From: Vicugna vicugna
Lineage: Eukaryota
Direction of reading: 5' to 3'
DNA: 64,000 nucleotides
Assembly (NCBI GenBank): GCA_013265495.1
Contig: MU060547.1
Coordinates: 9,077,643-9,141,642, forward strand
Shown here: positions 25,911 to 38,859 of the stretch, in pieces
Layout of the letters: each line of letters starts with the position of its first letter
How positions within the stretch are numbered: position 1 is the first letter of the stretch
Position numbers and translations under genes: made by a program
The notes under the pieces: generated by a model
Database searches by the model: none
What the model saw: only the letters and a program-made list of their open reading frames with translations
Told to the model about the DNA's origin: nothing

Positions 25911-25942
25911 TGCAGTTTTAAGTAAAATCCACCAGGTGGCAG
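25911..25942 (+). promoter_or_regulatory. CTCF motif with upstream module, forward orientation
   Basis: Core CCACCAGGTGGCAG (25929-25942) matches CCASYAGRKGGCRS at 14 of 14 positions. TGCAG starts 18 nt upstream of the core (25911). Confidence 0.75.
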
Positions 25943-28839
25943 AGATATGGAATCACAGAAAACGTGCGCATTTCTAATTTAAATGAATAATGGAAAATAT
26001 TACTTCTGTTAATAGAAAAGATTTGCAGGCTTTTAATATGAAATTCACTATACAGAGCACAGAACTAAATGTGCACTTTAAATCTGAACGCCAACATCTG
26101 CCTGAGGATATTGGCTTTAAAAAAAATGATGATGATTCAGATTTGCCATGCTCATTTGCACAATGCCCCTCTCTTTCAGAGGTTACCTTCTATTTATGTG
26201 TGAGAGAATGACGATGCAGTTATCCTTCCTCACTGCTCACAGGATGAACCGAGCGTATCCATCACCTCACTCGTCTCACAGGGATTTCAGCCTCCCCACT
26301 CCTGCCGTGGAACTCAGAAGCCGGGAGCTTCTAAATTCTTTACCACTGTTAACAGATCTTCAAGCACTCCTCCTCCCAGACGCTTTACCTGCTGTGATGA
26401 CGATTTCGAAGTAGCAGTAGAAGTAAATGATGTAAAGAGAAAAAGAAAAAATATTCCCTACTTATAATTACAAAGAGATTAGTAAGTAGACTAGACAATT
26501 TGAGTTACTCATAGAAATCAACATACACTTTATACATAAGATCAACTTTATGATTATGCCATGTGAGCAGGCCTCTATTTGTCTCCTGTAATTTTCCTGA
26601 GGGAGTCCTAATCGGTCTGCACACTGAATTAATACAATCCCTCTGCATTTCCCTTCTCTGACACGTGCTTTACAATGGTAATGAAGCAGTGATGAGTTAA
26701 GAAAATGTCAACAGTTGCCTAATTTTTTCTTTAAAAGGAAGAAGGGGATGAATAAGAAAATAAAAATCAAATTTGTGGAGCCAGAATTCTGTTTAGCAAA
26801 TCGACTGATCATCTTATTGGATGATGGAAAATGACCCTCCCCCCCTTGCTAATTCTGCAAATGCATCACGCTACTGGGACACTCAAGAAATTTTTGGCAT
26901 TAAGGAGTCAGTGATATGGTGTGTGAAGTATTCATCTATAAGATGCAAAAACATCAACCAGTTGCTCTCAAAAATGAAGCCAAAACCCTGCTTTAGCATT
27001 AAAATCCTATAGCCTATTGTTTGGTTTCTTGAAAGTATATTGCATAGAAAAAAAAATTTGTTTTAACCTGACAATGCCATTCTACAGCAAGAGAACAAGA
27101 GAACATTCTCCCAATTTCAGAAATTCAGGTTAGTCTCCGTTTGACTCGTCTAGCAAGTCGACTCATCCCTTTCCTAACTAGGCAGCAACCAGATATATTG
27201 GTATCATTAGAATCACACCCTGCTTTAAATGCTTATTCAGCTGCATTTCTAATATTTTGGACCTGCCACCATCATTCACATTTCAATACGTGTTTAAGAT
27301 CTGAAGTTCTTTAACTCTGCCACTTCTTGGTCACAGTTCAGGCTAAGCATTTATGTGATGAAAAAAAGAAATGCTGCGTCTGCTGAAAAATACACTCTAA
27401 TTTACAATAATAATATAACAGCAAAAGATGTAACGCCTGACAATTAAAGAACTCCGGATCATCATGTTACAGCTATTTTTATTGAACAGCAAGAAAAATC
27501 AGAGATTAGAATATGTATATTTCCTCAAAAACATTTGATCCCAAAATATGAACGCTTATTTTCTTATTTCTCTCAATTTCTTTCTCTTTCTTTTCCCCTT
27601 ATCAATTTTTCCCAATCTGAAAACACTATTTTTTAAAAAAGCAATTAAAAATAATTTAATTAACTAAAAAGCTAATTTTCAACTTAGTTATATTTAGGCT
27701 TTAATCAATACAACTGTTCTTAACATTATATACCTCTTCCCCTCCAGTTAATTGGGTTATTTTATAAGCCAGTCAACTACTTGCAGTTAACATACACTAT
27801 CAGGCCAAATACCAGCTTCCATTAAGTAAGACAGAGGTATTATTATTTCTGTGAAGAAAAATGTAGTTAACCTAAGGCTCAATGAGGTAGCATGCCTTGC
27901 CCAGCTGGTGTAAGAAGTTCCCAGCTCCTGAACTGAGTGACAGACAGGGACAGTGGATTAGATTCCAAGGCTGGCAGAATAAGGCCTTGCATCCAATCAC
28001 CTGGTATCAGATAATACGCTATTGTGATCACAGTTTCTTGTGAGCCAAACATCTGATCCAAGTAAGCCATAAGTCAAAAGACAGATGAGGAAAGAGAAGG
28101 ATCTGTGTCTATCCATCCATCCCCACTGATGGAAAGACAGCTGAAAGCATAGGCCCCGCTGAGGCTAAGCACTGGTGAAGTTACATACGAAGTACAGTTG
28201 ACACGAACACACGTAACACCTTGGAAATTTTAACTCTGCCAAGGCTGATGAGGTATCCTGATGACTATGAGGGATGAACCCACACATCAGATTGCATTTG
28301 TCCCAAATGACACATCCCTTGTTTATTAAAGACATCCTTTTCTTATTTGTACTTTAAATTCCGAGCCACTAAAGATAGCTCTCTTTAAGGTTAACCAATT
28401 CATGTTCCTTGCTGACTTGCCGAAATTATACAAAAGAAAACAATTTAAAATGTCAGCTAAATAAAACTCACACTTGGGTATTTGGATACTCCAAATCTAC
28501 TCTGGGAATTAGAAGTGTATAAAATACAAATTGTCTCATACATTGTATACTTAAAGTTATCATCATATTTTAAGAATCCAAATTGTTATCATAAAAGGCA
28601 CTTACTCCAAGTCCCTCATTCTTTTCAGATTAAGAAACGAGTGCCAGAGACGATAAGAGATTTATTTCCCTGGACAACCCAGAGGAGTAGCAGGGCCTGG
28701 TCAGGACGGTAGACAGAACCTTGGTGCCCGGGTGGGCCACCGCAAGTCTGACACAGGGCATCAGTGGTTCACAGCCAAATGGAAGAGGAATTCTCCACAC
28801 TGGAATTCATTCTGAGGCAGTGCGGTGTTGGGGAAAGAA

Positions 28840-29060
28840 GGCCGGGTTTGGAATCAGGTAGGATTTGGATGCTCCATCCTGGCTCTTTTACTTACTAATT
28901 GTGCTTCTGGGTGACGATGAGAAAATTAATTTCTTGGGGTCTCAGTTTCTTCATTGATAAATTGGGACAATCAGCTGTGCTGTGAACATCTGATGTGAGG
29001 ATTAGAGACCCACCACACGTGCCCAAATTACAGCTGTGATTATTATTTGTTAGGAGGCTT
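28840..29060 (+). mobile_element. MIR (other MIR remnants at ~2490-2615, 6950-7160, 8440-8540, 27830-27990 and 63380-63490 on -; 55440-55680 and 57230-57440 on +)
   Basis: Core CTCAGTTTCTTCATTGATAAATTGGGACAAT...TGTGAGGATTAGA. Confidence 0.7.
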
Positions 29061-29079
29061 TCAGCAAGAGTGAATTCCA

Positions 29080-29237
29080 TTTTTTTAATATTTTATTTTT
29101 ATTGTTTAATCAACTAGTTTATTTTGGGGGTGGTAACTAGATTTGTTTGTTTGTTTATTTAATGGAGACACTGGGGATTGAACCCGGGACCTCATGCATG
29201 CTAGGCATGCACTCTACCACTGAGCTGTACCCTCCGC
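29080..29237 (-). mobile_element. Vic-1-type SINE
   Basis: T-rich tail followed by ...GGGGATTGAACCCGGGACCTCATGCATGCTAGGCATGCACTCTACCACTGAGCTGTACCCTCC. Confidence 0.88.
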
Positions 29238-30009
29238 CTGTGACTTCAGTTTTATATGGGAAGATAACACTCAGGACCCGGCTTTGGTAGGGCATGTTTT
29301 ATGGCTGCTTTTTCCAGAAGAAACAAGTCCTGGCTGCAGGGGTTATCTGTCATTCTCCTCCTTAGCCCCAAAATCCTTTGTTGCCCTGCATTTATCTTGA
29401 GAATTCAGCCTCATCTAGGTTTGATGTGTGATCATGAAACAGAGCTCCGTGGCCTGCATAGGGCCTGAGTTTGGAGTCAGGTGATCCTTTGTAAGTTGTC
29501 CTAAGCAAGTGAACCAACCAACCAGAGCTCTAAGGAGCATGGAGAACAGGGAACACTCCAGTTCACACAGACAACAAACTGAATATATGTCACTGTCTCA
29601 CTTGCATCCATGGGATTTTTTATTTAATTGATATGTGATGTTTATTTGAATCACATAACATTAAGTTCCTTTGGATTTGTTGTTTTTTGATGTCTTCATT
29701 TCAGCCTCTGACCTAAGCGAATTCTATGCTTATAAATACATTTGGCCAACCTAGAACAGCTAGCGTTTAGTTTTTTGAACCAAAATACAAGGAAACCAGA
29801 GCCATTATGCACTGACAGGGAATGTCATGCTAGATACTTAATTTTATAATGAAGTAATCAAGAGCTAGTACTTTAATATGCGTGACTGGGATGTTGTGCT
29901 GCACATTGGAAACTGCTGCATTATAACTGACTGTACTGCAATTAAAAAACATGCCATCCACAAAAAAAAAAAAGAGTTAGTACTTAAAACACTAGGGTTT
30001 TTTTTTCCC

Positions 30010-30660
30010 ATTTTAATGTTCCCATGGGATTTTGATTTATAGAGGTGACTGAATGAGGACACAGAGAGGTCAATGCCATTGAAAGAAGGATTTATGACTT
30101 AACATCTCCAGAGAGGAGAGGGCAGGCCATGCCACACAGGGCCACTTGGGGACACTTGGCTTTGGTCAGCAGGCAGGGTGGGAGTTGGGGAAAGTGTAGG
30201 CCAGAGCCTTTATTGGGGTTTGTGTGGGAAAGGCAAGGCAGCACAGAGCGAACATTTTGGGACTAGCCGGTGTGAATGGTTGTGGCAGACTTTGGGTGAT
30301 AGGGGTGGTCTCTAGTTGCCTGGTGCCTGGCCCTGGGATGACTTAGGTCTGGGGAAATGATAGTTTGGTGTGTGAGTTACATAACGGGGTGGGGTGGGGG
30401 CTAGAGACGCAAGATTGGTTGGTTTGCATACAAAAGGCATATGCCTAGGCAAGTTGCTGTTATCTTTCGGAATGAGTTAGCCCTGGGAGATGCAGTCTCT
30501 CCCTGGGGCTGGAAGGTCCCCCAAATATTAAAGCATCGTAAGATGCAGAAAATTAAAAAAAAACCATGGCTAATACAGCCATGGAAGTTTCAAACAAGTA
30601 TTTTCCCTTCCATGCTATTTTCTGCTCATCCTTCAGTTGCTTAGTGCCCCCACGGTGTAT
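30010..30660 (-). mobile_element. ERVL LTR (MER74-like)
   Basis: Reverse complement contains ATGCAAACCAACCAATC...CCCAGGGCCAGGCACCAGGCAACTAGAGAC...CAATAAAGGCTCTGGCC...TTTCAATGGCA. The left genomic end is the better defined boundary. Confidence 0.65.
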
Positions 30661-32127
30661 AGAAATTGCATTTTCACTTTATATGTAAATGGTAAGCAGC
30701 CTTGCTTTCAAATTTTCATCCGGATGGAGTTTGAAGTGATTTTTATTCTGCCTTTCATGAATAGAGTTCTTGTAAAAGACCCTGAAGTCCACGTTGAGTC
30801 ATTAAGTCACGGAAGTCCAAAAGCTAGAAGGGGTCTTGGAAATCACTCAGAGGAACTCTTTCATTTTATATCTGGGGAATCAGTCGTTAAAAATACTTCT
30901 GAGCCTTAATGGCTTTCCTACTATTAAAATCAAACATGGACCACAATTAAGCATGTAATTAAAAGCATTAGTAACATATTCAGCCAAAAAGTGGTTAAAT
31001 TTCAGAGCATAACTCAACTCTTTTTTTTCTTTTCTTGTCTTCTCTCCTCTAAAGTAATAGTTCAAAGTGGAGGCATTAGAAAAAAAGTCTCCGCAGATCA
31101 TCAGAAGTCAGGAAAAACTACGAGCATCCTTTTCAGGACAGACGTCTCCATTTGGGATCACCTTGCCATCACCAGCTCCCTCGGCAGCCTTCAGACAAAA
31201 GCAAGACTGTTGACCAGACCAAGGTAGTTTTACAGTCAAAATCAAGGCAAAGACCCTCACCCAGTAGACACCTGCATGAATTCCTGTCTGGAGAGGAAAG
31301 AATCACTCCAGTCTTGGTTTTCTTGTTTTGTTTTGTTTTGTTTTTTTCCTCCCCTGCTTAAGAGTAATATTATGGATAGACAGGAGGACAGGAGCATTGA
31401 ATTTGGACACTTCTTTGCTCATGCAGCTGCCTGGGAGTCTAACGATAAGGGTGGTACGCAGAGAACTAGAAAAATGAAATGGTGTAACTGGAGACATGTC
31501 CTCACGGGGGAAGAAATGCAGACTCAAACTGCAGGGGGATGTCCAGGGCGCTTAGCTAGCTGGGCGCACTCATTTCTCTTTTTGAAGCACTGTGATGACG
31601 TGCACACTGCCTGAGAACAGACATGGTTAGAAAATCCTTCAAAATAATAGTCACTTCATTAATTGAGTTTTTATTTTTATCACAGTAATACATGCACACA
31701 ATTTAAAAAGTCCACTAGTCCTACAAGACCAGTGACAGGAAACAGCAGTTTCCCACTTGCCAAATTCTCTCTTTTCAACCACAGCTACTTACAATTCTCT
31801 TAGCCAACTCTGTTGGTAGTTACCGCTATGTCTTTACATAATATTCTTTTACTGCTATTTCTTGAAAGGCCTTCCCGGTCTTAGGCATTATTAGGGACTT
31901 CCCTCTACATTAAGGAAGAATTTCGTTCTCTCAGCTCCTGCTCCTGCTTGGCCCCACCACACATACAGTCTTCTCATTCCCCCATCCTCCCAGGAAGGGT
32001 ATATTTGTAGTTATAACTGTGGTTAGGCCCATGTTTACATTATTATCACAATGTAAATGCTATTCATAGCACCCCCTGGGATACTTAGGAGGACGCTAAA
32101 TCTAGGTTGGCAGGATCATCCAGGCGT

Positions 32128-33340
32128 ACATTCATTCAACAAGCACTTATTAGATGCCTACAGCATGCCAGGCACTATGCCCGATGCTGGCTACACACAG
32201 GGGTGAAAAGAACTCACGTAGAACCTATGATTACGATGTAGAACAGCGGCCCAACCTCTGGAACCAGACTGCCGGGGGTCAAATCACAGCTTTTCTGCGC
32301 CCTAGCCGTGCAATCTTGGGTCATTTACTTAACCATTTTGTACCTTAGTTACCTAAGAGTTATTGAGAGGATTAAATGAATCAAAACCTGTAAAGCACAT
32401 ATAACAAGTGCCTGGCAGATAGTAGGAACTATGTAAGTATTACATATTTTTTATTATTTTAGGAGTCAAATAGAAAGGAGACATTTTATATTTATTCCAC
32501 AAGTATACATACATTTACACACATACCTGTACACACATATACATATGTTTACATAGATGTATATACATAGACATATCTATGATGTATATATTTACAATAA
32601 ATTACATAATGTAAGTGCTAAGGATGAAGTGAGGAGTACAGGGTGTTCGGAGGGCACTAAATCAGAGAGGAATCATTTAGATGGGGCTCCAGGAAGGAAG
32701 GCTTCTCTGAGAATGTGGTATCTCTGCTGGGAATTGGAGTGACTAGAAAGTAGACAGAGTGGGCAGAAGGGTCGTTACAAGAGAGGGAAGAGCATGTATC
32801 AAGTCCCCAAGGTAGGGAAGAGCCTGGTCGCCTTGAGGAACTGAAAGACCACTGAGGCTGTAGCACAGCAAGAGGAAAGAGTGTCAAAAGCAAGAGGGAA
32901 GAGTATCGGATTTTATTCTGTGTGCCAGGGACGACCAGTGAAGGGTTTTAAGCATAGAGGTATCTTGAGCAGATCTTCATTTTAGAAAGATCGTTCTGAT
33001 TGCCTAAAAGTGATTGTCTTAAAGGGGAGCTACAGAAGTCCTCCACTTCCTGGTAGGTTAATGCCCGAGACAAACCAAATGAAAGATGGTGATTTGGATT
33101 AGAATAGTGGCAGTGGAGATGGTGAACAGTGGACAGAGTCAATGTAGATTCTGGAGTAGAATCAACATGACTTGATGATAGATTGGAAGTCGGGGCTGAG
33201 GGATTGGGAGGTACCCGGACTAACAATGAGGCTTTTGAAATGATTATCCCAGTGGGTGGCAATGCCTCTATTGAGGTAGGATAGATAGATAGGAAAGAGA
33301 TTTGGGCATAGCAATGGAGAGAATATTGGACATTACCTTC
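32128..33340 (-). mobile_element. L2 element interrupted by a + strand MIR (~32240-32450) and a TA/CA-rich low-complexity tract (~32500-32595)
   Basis: CATTCATTCAACAAGCACTTATTAGATGCCTACAGCATGCCAGGCACT; MIR core CTTGGGTCATTTACTTAACC...GAGAGGATTAAATGA. Confidence 0.7.
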
Positions 33341-33488
33341 TTCATTATTCTANNNNNNNNNNNNNNNNNNNNNNNNNNNNNNNNNNNNNNNNNNNNNNNN
33401 NNNNNNNNNNNNNNNNNNNNNNNNNNNNNNNNNNNNNNNNNNNNNNNNNNNNNNNNNNNNNNNNNNNNNNNNNNNNNNNNNNNNNNNN

Positions 33489-35620
33489 TCATCCCCAAAA
33501 AGAAAATCCATACCTATTACCAGTCACTTCCCATTTTCCCTCAATTCTGCCAGCCCTAGGCAACCACTAATCCACTTTGCCTCTATAGACTTACCTGTTC
33601 TGGGCATTTCATATAAATTAGATCACAATATCTAAGCTAATCTTTTGTGATTTGCTTTCACTCATCATAATGTTTTCAAGATTCATCCATGTTGTAACAC
33701 ATATAAGAACTCCATTCTTTTTTATGGCTGAATAATATTCCATTTATGGATATATCAAATTTTATTTATCAATATGTTAGTTGGTGAACATTTGGGTTTT
33801 ATTTCTATTTAGGGGCCATTATGAATAGCCAAAATGTTGTTTAGAACATTCATGTACACATTTCAGTGTAGATGTATGTTTTCATTTCTCTTGGGTAGAG
33901 ACCTAGGATTGAAGTTACTGTGTCACATGGTCACTCTATATTTGACTTTTTCAGAAACTACCAGAATGTGTTCCAAAGAGGCTAACCTATTTTACACCAC
34001 CACCAGCAGTGTGTGAGGGTTCCAGTTTCTCCATTTCCTATTTTCCACTTATTATCTGCTTTTTTATCATAGCCATTTTAATAGGTGTGAAGGACTATCT
34101 TAATGTTTTGATTTGCATTTCTCTGGTGGTTAATAATGGTGAGCATCTTTTCCCACAGATTGGCCATTTGTATATCTGCTTTGAAGAAATATCAGAACTG
34201 TTGCCTATTTTTAAACTGGATTATTTCTCTTGTCACCAATGCCTTTAGTGTCATATATAAGAAGGTTCTGCTTAACTCAAGTCATGCAGATTTACTTCTA
34301 TATTTTTGTCGAAGAATTTTATAGTTGTAGCATATACATTTAGGTCTGTGATCTGTTTTTGATTAATTTTTGTATATGGTACAAGGTAGGGGTCCAATTT
34401 CATAATTTTGCATATGGATAACCAGTTGCCCCAGCACCATTCATTGAAAGGACTATTTCCCACTGACTTTTCTTGGCCCCCATTTTGAAATCAATGGGAG
34501 GATTTACTTCTGAATTTTCAGTTCTATCCCATTGACCTACATGTCTATTCTTATGCCAGGAGCACAGTCTTGATTACTGTAGCTTTGTAGCAAATTTTGA
34601 AATTGGGAAGTGCAAGCCCTCCAACTTTGTACCTCTTTTTAACGTTGTTTTGGCTAATCTGGTGTAAGGAAGAACACATTCTTTCTCTGCGTATCTCCTC
34701 TACTCTCAATACTTTCTTCACTACAACACTACTTCACTTCTGACACCAGATATGCAGGTTTCCAAACATCAAGAAATTTTGCAACGCCAACTAGGTGTCC
34801 TACAATTTAACTCAACCCTGACACTGTCTACCTGGCGATAGCATCAGATCCCACAGGGAAAGGATTTAGTCTTACAAGACTGCCTCTCACACCCACTTCA
34901 GCTGCCAATAGCATGTCTACGTTGTTACATGTGCTTCTGACAGCCCAGCTATGAATCAAAGGTTCCCGTGATTCTCTCCTTAGGTTTGATTAATTTGCTA
35001 CAGCAGCTCACAGAATTTAGAGAAACATTACTCAAGTTGAAACTGTTATTATAAAAAATACTATAAAGGACACATAGAGTGAGGTCTTGAAGGGCTCCAG
35101 ACGCAGGAACTTCTGTCTGCCTGGAACTGGGTGCACTACCTATCCAGCATGTGAATGCCCCATTCACCACACTTATCAAACCCTGTTCAAAAGTTTTGGA
35201 ATGCTTAGCCCCCAGATTCCTCCCCTTTGCCTTCCCTGAGGTCAGTAGGTGGAGCTGAAGGTTCTAATCCTCTAATAGCCAGGTTTTTCTAGTGACAGCC
35301 CCACCCTCAAGCCATGTAGGGGCCCCACCCTAAATCACTTCATTAGCATAAATTCAAGTGTGCTCAAAGGAGCTCCTTATAAATGATAGGATCAGTCCTA
35401 TCACTCAAAAAATTCCAAGAGTTTTAGGAACTTTATGCCCGGATCGGATCCGGACAAAGAGCAAATACATTTATTATTTATTATACCACATCCCTTAGAA
35501 CTTCCAAATGAACTTCAGAATAAGCTTGTTGGCTTATGCAAAGATGTGTCAGCTGAGATTTTTGACAGGGGACTGCACTGAATCTGCAGATCAATTTGGA
35601 GACTATTGCCATCTTCATAG
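33489..35620 (-). mobile_element. L1 (L1MB-like) 3' UTR and ORF2 remnant, split by an LTR and bounded by N-runs
   Basis: ORF 34272-34463 (-) reads ...FNEWCWGNWLSICKIMKLDPYLVPYTKIN..., typical of L1 ORF2. L1 sequence resumes at 35491. Confidence 0.88.
34663..35490. mobile_element. ERV solo LTR (MER21-like) inserted into L1
   Basis: TG...CA termini (TGTAAGG ... ATTATACCACA); internal ACTTCTGACACCAG...GGTGTCCTACAATTTAACTC...GCATCAGATCCCACAG. Confidence 0.75.
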
Positions 35621-35777
35621 NNNNNNNNNNNNNNNNNNNNNNNNNNNNNNNNNNNNNNNNNNNNNNNNNNNNNNNNNNNNNNNNNNNNNNNNNNNNNNNN
35701 NNNNNNNNNNNNNNNNNNNNNNNNNNNNNNNNNNNNNNNNNNNNNNNNNNNNNNNNNNNNNNNNNNNNNNNNNNNNN

Positions 35778-35942
35778 TCAAATTATTTTTAAACCTATTT
35801 TGACATCTCTGAAATTGAGATGTGGTCTTACAATCAAGAGTATTTTAGCATCATGCGTTCAACCGGCAGTCATATTTTTTTCTTAGTGGAGGTAAATGTG
35901 ACTTACAATCAATCGCGTCTTAGAGTCAATACCATATAGTAC
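35778..35942. mobile_element. TcMar-Tc2 (MER104/Kanga-like) remnant; left end in gap
   Basis: GACATCTCTGAAATTGAGATGTGGTCTTACAATC...TTACAATCAATCGCGTCTTAGAGTC...TA. Confidence 0.55.
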
Positions 35943-36821
35943 TAAATGTGAAATGTCTATAAGACATTGAAGTGGAAATGAAAAATACGCATTTGAGTAT
36001 ATCAGTTTGGAATCAGAGAGGCCTAAACTGGAGATAGAAATGTGGGGTCATCTGAAGTTCATTATTTAAAGTCACCACTTTACATAAGAGTGTAGAGGAG
36101 ATGAGAGAATCCGGGTTGCAGCCCTGGGAAATCTCAACAAGCAGATAAGCTGAGTAGAGGAAGAAGAGTCAGCAAAGGACACACTTTTGCTTTGAGTCTA
36201 TTATTGACATTATTGCACTTGTTATTATTTGTCACTAGATGGAAGGACCTATAGCGTCCTTTTGTTCTCTAATGAACCTTGGAGCTGAGTGCTTTACTAT
36301 ATTTTGATATTAACCCACATACCACAGGTACATTGTGGGAAATGATTCACAATAACCTATGTTTATTTGAGAAATAATATACTGATTAACCACCAGCTCT
36401 TCCACCCTGAAAATCTGACATGAATACAAATAAATAAATAAGCCTTTCAGGTCTTCAGAGAAGCACTTCAATCTGATTGGGACTGAGGCAGAAAATAGGC
36501 CCAGGCTTACTGCGTACTAACTAGAGGGACGGTCTAAAGGCAGAAGAGGAAAAGCAGTCACTAGAAGTTCTATAGCAGTCACGATTAAACCAGAATCATG
36601 TATAAAAATTCTCCTAAGGAGTTCGCCTCTCGTTTGCTGTCACATTTCTATAACATAAGTAGGACACCAGCTGGTAGTAATGCCAATTCATCTGCCTTTC
36701 ATTTACTGTTTGTCACTTCACAGACGTTGAATCTTATTCATTCCTTTTTTCATTCTTTCCTCTTTGTATTTCAAATGTCCTAACCATCACATAAAGTTAC
36801 CATAATATCACATCTTCTGGG

Positions 36822-37032
36822 TAGTGGTTCTCCATCAGAGGAGATTTTGAACCTAGAGGATATTTGGCAGTATCTGGAGACATTTTTAGTTGTTACAACT
36901 AGAGATGGGATGATAACATCAAAAGGGTTGAGGACAGGGAGTTGCTAAATATCCTACAGTCCCCAGGACAGCCCCTATAACAAAGAATTATCCAGCCCAA
37001 GGTGTCATTAGTACCAAAGTTGAGAAATTCTA
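36822..37032. mobile_element. hAT-Charlie MITE (MER20-like)
   Basis: AGTGGTTCTC...TTTGGCAGTATCTGGAGACATTTTTAGTTGTTACAACT...ACAAAGAATTATCCAGCCCAA...GTTGAGAAA. Confidence 0.85.
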
Positions 37033-38063
37033 CCAATAGGGATAAGTTTATAAGTACCTGAACTTTCTAGGGGCAAGGTCCATAGCTTTTACCAAATTCT
37101 TGAAGGTGGTATGACTCAAAACTTTAAGAAACACTGGTTGTAATGGATATTTCATCTAGACCTTGGTAACAAGTGACATATTAACCACATTTCACAACAG
37201 AAATCACCTCTCTAGTTTAGAAAACTTATCTCTGCCAACCAGACTTCCCTGTCCCTTTCCATTGTCCACTCTCATTCATGGCTAGACAAACATAGCTCTT
37301 TACATTTCCTGTCTCTAGGTCTTCCAGATACCTCAACTGCCTCCTATTAGCCAAGTTGATACAATTATTATGGTTATAGTGATTATTAATAATTAAGCTA
37401 TAGCTTCATGATATGTCAATAAAAGTCCTGCTTTCTTAAAACACATCCGGTTTATTTGGTCAATAGCCATTTATTCAGTTCCTACCATGTTTCCACTGCT
37501 TAACCACTATGTACATAGTGGTGAAAATGAACTTACAATAGAGTGCTGGAGAGATATTAATAAAATTTGAAAACGTAATTTAAAACTGCAATATGGGAGG
37601 GCAGGTGTGAAAAGTGAAGGCGAAAGGAACCAAAATGAGGATGAAAAGGAAGGACTGAACAACCAGATCATGGCATGCCACCCAAATGCAATAAGCAGTT
37701 AACTCCTTCCTGGCTATTTTAAACAATTCTGTGATATACAGATCCCAGACCGGGTAACCTGGGATGTATTTATGTTCAACCAACATTCCCTGGGCACTGA
37801 CAGACAAATTTGGTAGTGCAAACTATGGGAAAGTTGAGAACATCAAATGCAAAAGCTCCCTTTGTTGTTGTAGCTGTAGCTCTAGTTAGGAACCAATGTG
37901 TGTTGGGGTGGGGGCAGGGGGAGGTGCAGAATAAAGCCAATGACTAACATGACCTTTCCAGATAAACAGATTTGGAAATCGTCACAATCGCCATCGCTCT
38001 TGATTCAGATACTGGAAATTAGCTATCGTGGTCGGTAAATCAAGAGACAAAATATATAAATCA

Positions 38064-38115
38064 ATCTATCTATCTATCTATCTAGCTAGCTATCTATCTA
38101 GCTATCTATCTATCT
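38064..38115. repeat. Compound tetranucleotide STR (ATCT)5(AGCT)2(ATCT)2(AGCT)(ATCT)3
   Basis: Counted directly from the sequence. Confidence 0.97.
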
Positions 38116-38859
38116 ATGTAACCATTCCTCCCAATATTAACAACTCAGTATATTTTTAAATAGCCTAAAGCGGTCAGGAGAGTCAGGGGCAAATTTCAGA
38201 GAGACAGTCAGGCCTGACACTTGAACTCACAAAAACCCCCAGATTGGTAAAATAACCAGGGTTTCCGTGGGAACGACGTAAAGGGCAGCTGGTGAGAGAA
38301 CAAAGGCTGCATGTCCCAGTTTAAGGGCCGCCCGGCCTGCTGGCCTCCCTGGGGGGCGGGGGCGGCGGTGCGCCCGAGTGGCCGGCTCCCGGGTCGGTGA
38401 CCCACGCCGCCGCGGCGTAGGCGCTCCTCGTCGGGACCCTCCCCGGGCCGGGTCAAAGGCGGGGGCCGCCGAGATGGGAGGCTCTCGAGACAGGCCGCTG
38501 GGGCCGCCGCCCGAGTGAGTGAGCTAGCAACTAGTGAATCACACTGCGGGCCGTCACTCTCCAGGATCCAGATCACGCGGCTCCCAGGGCCGGCTGAAGC
38601 CGCCCAGATGGAGCATGCGGGACAGGAGGGGCACCGGGGACACAGGCCGACGTTCCCTGCAGTTCCCGTCTCTGAGGGGCCGCCGTCGCCGCCAGGCCCC
38701 GCCCCCTCACGCTAATGTAATAGGGGTGCGCTGCCATTGGCCCGTGAGACCGGAAGAGACTCAGGGCGGAGGAAGAAGGCAGGAAGGCGAGTGGGCGGGG
38801 GCTGCGAGGAGCGGGCGGCGCTGGGGCGACTGGGAGAGCTGCGCGGCGTGCGCGAGCGA

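Noticed and set aside
5549-29237. Five tRNA-Ala-like sequences as tRNA genes
   Set aside because: They have broken stems, SINE tails, dispersed copies and (for several) TSDs, so they are SINEs.
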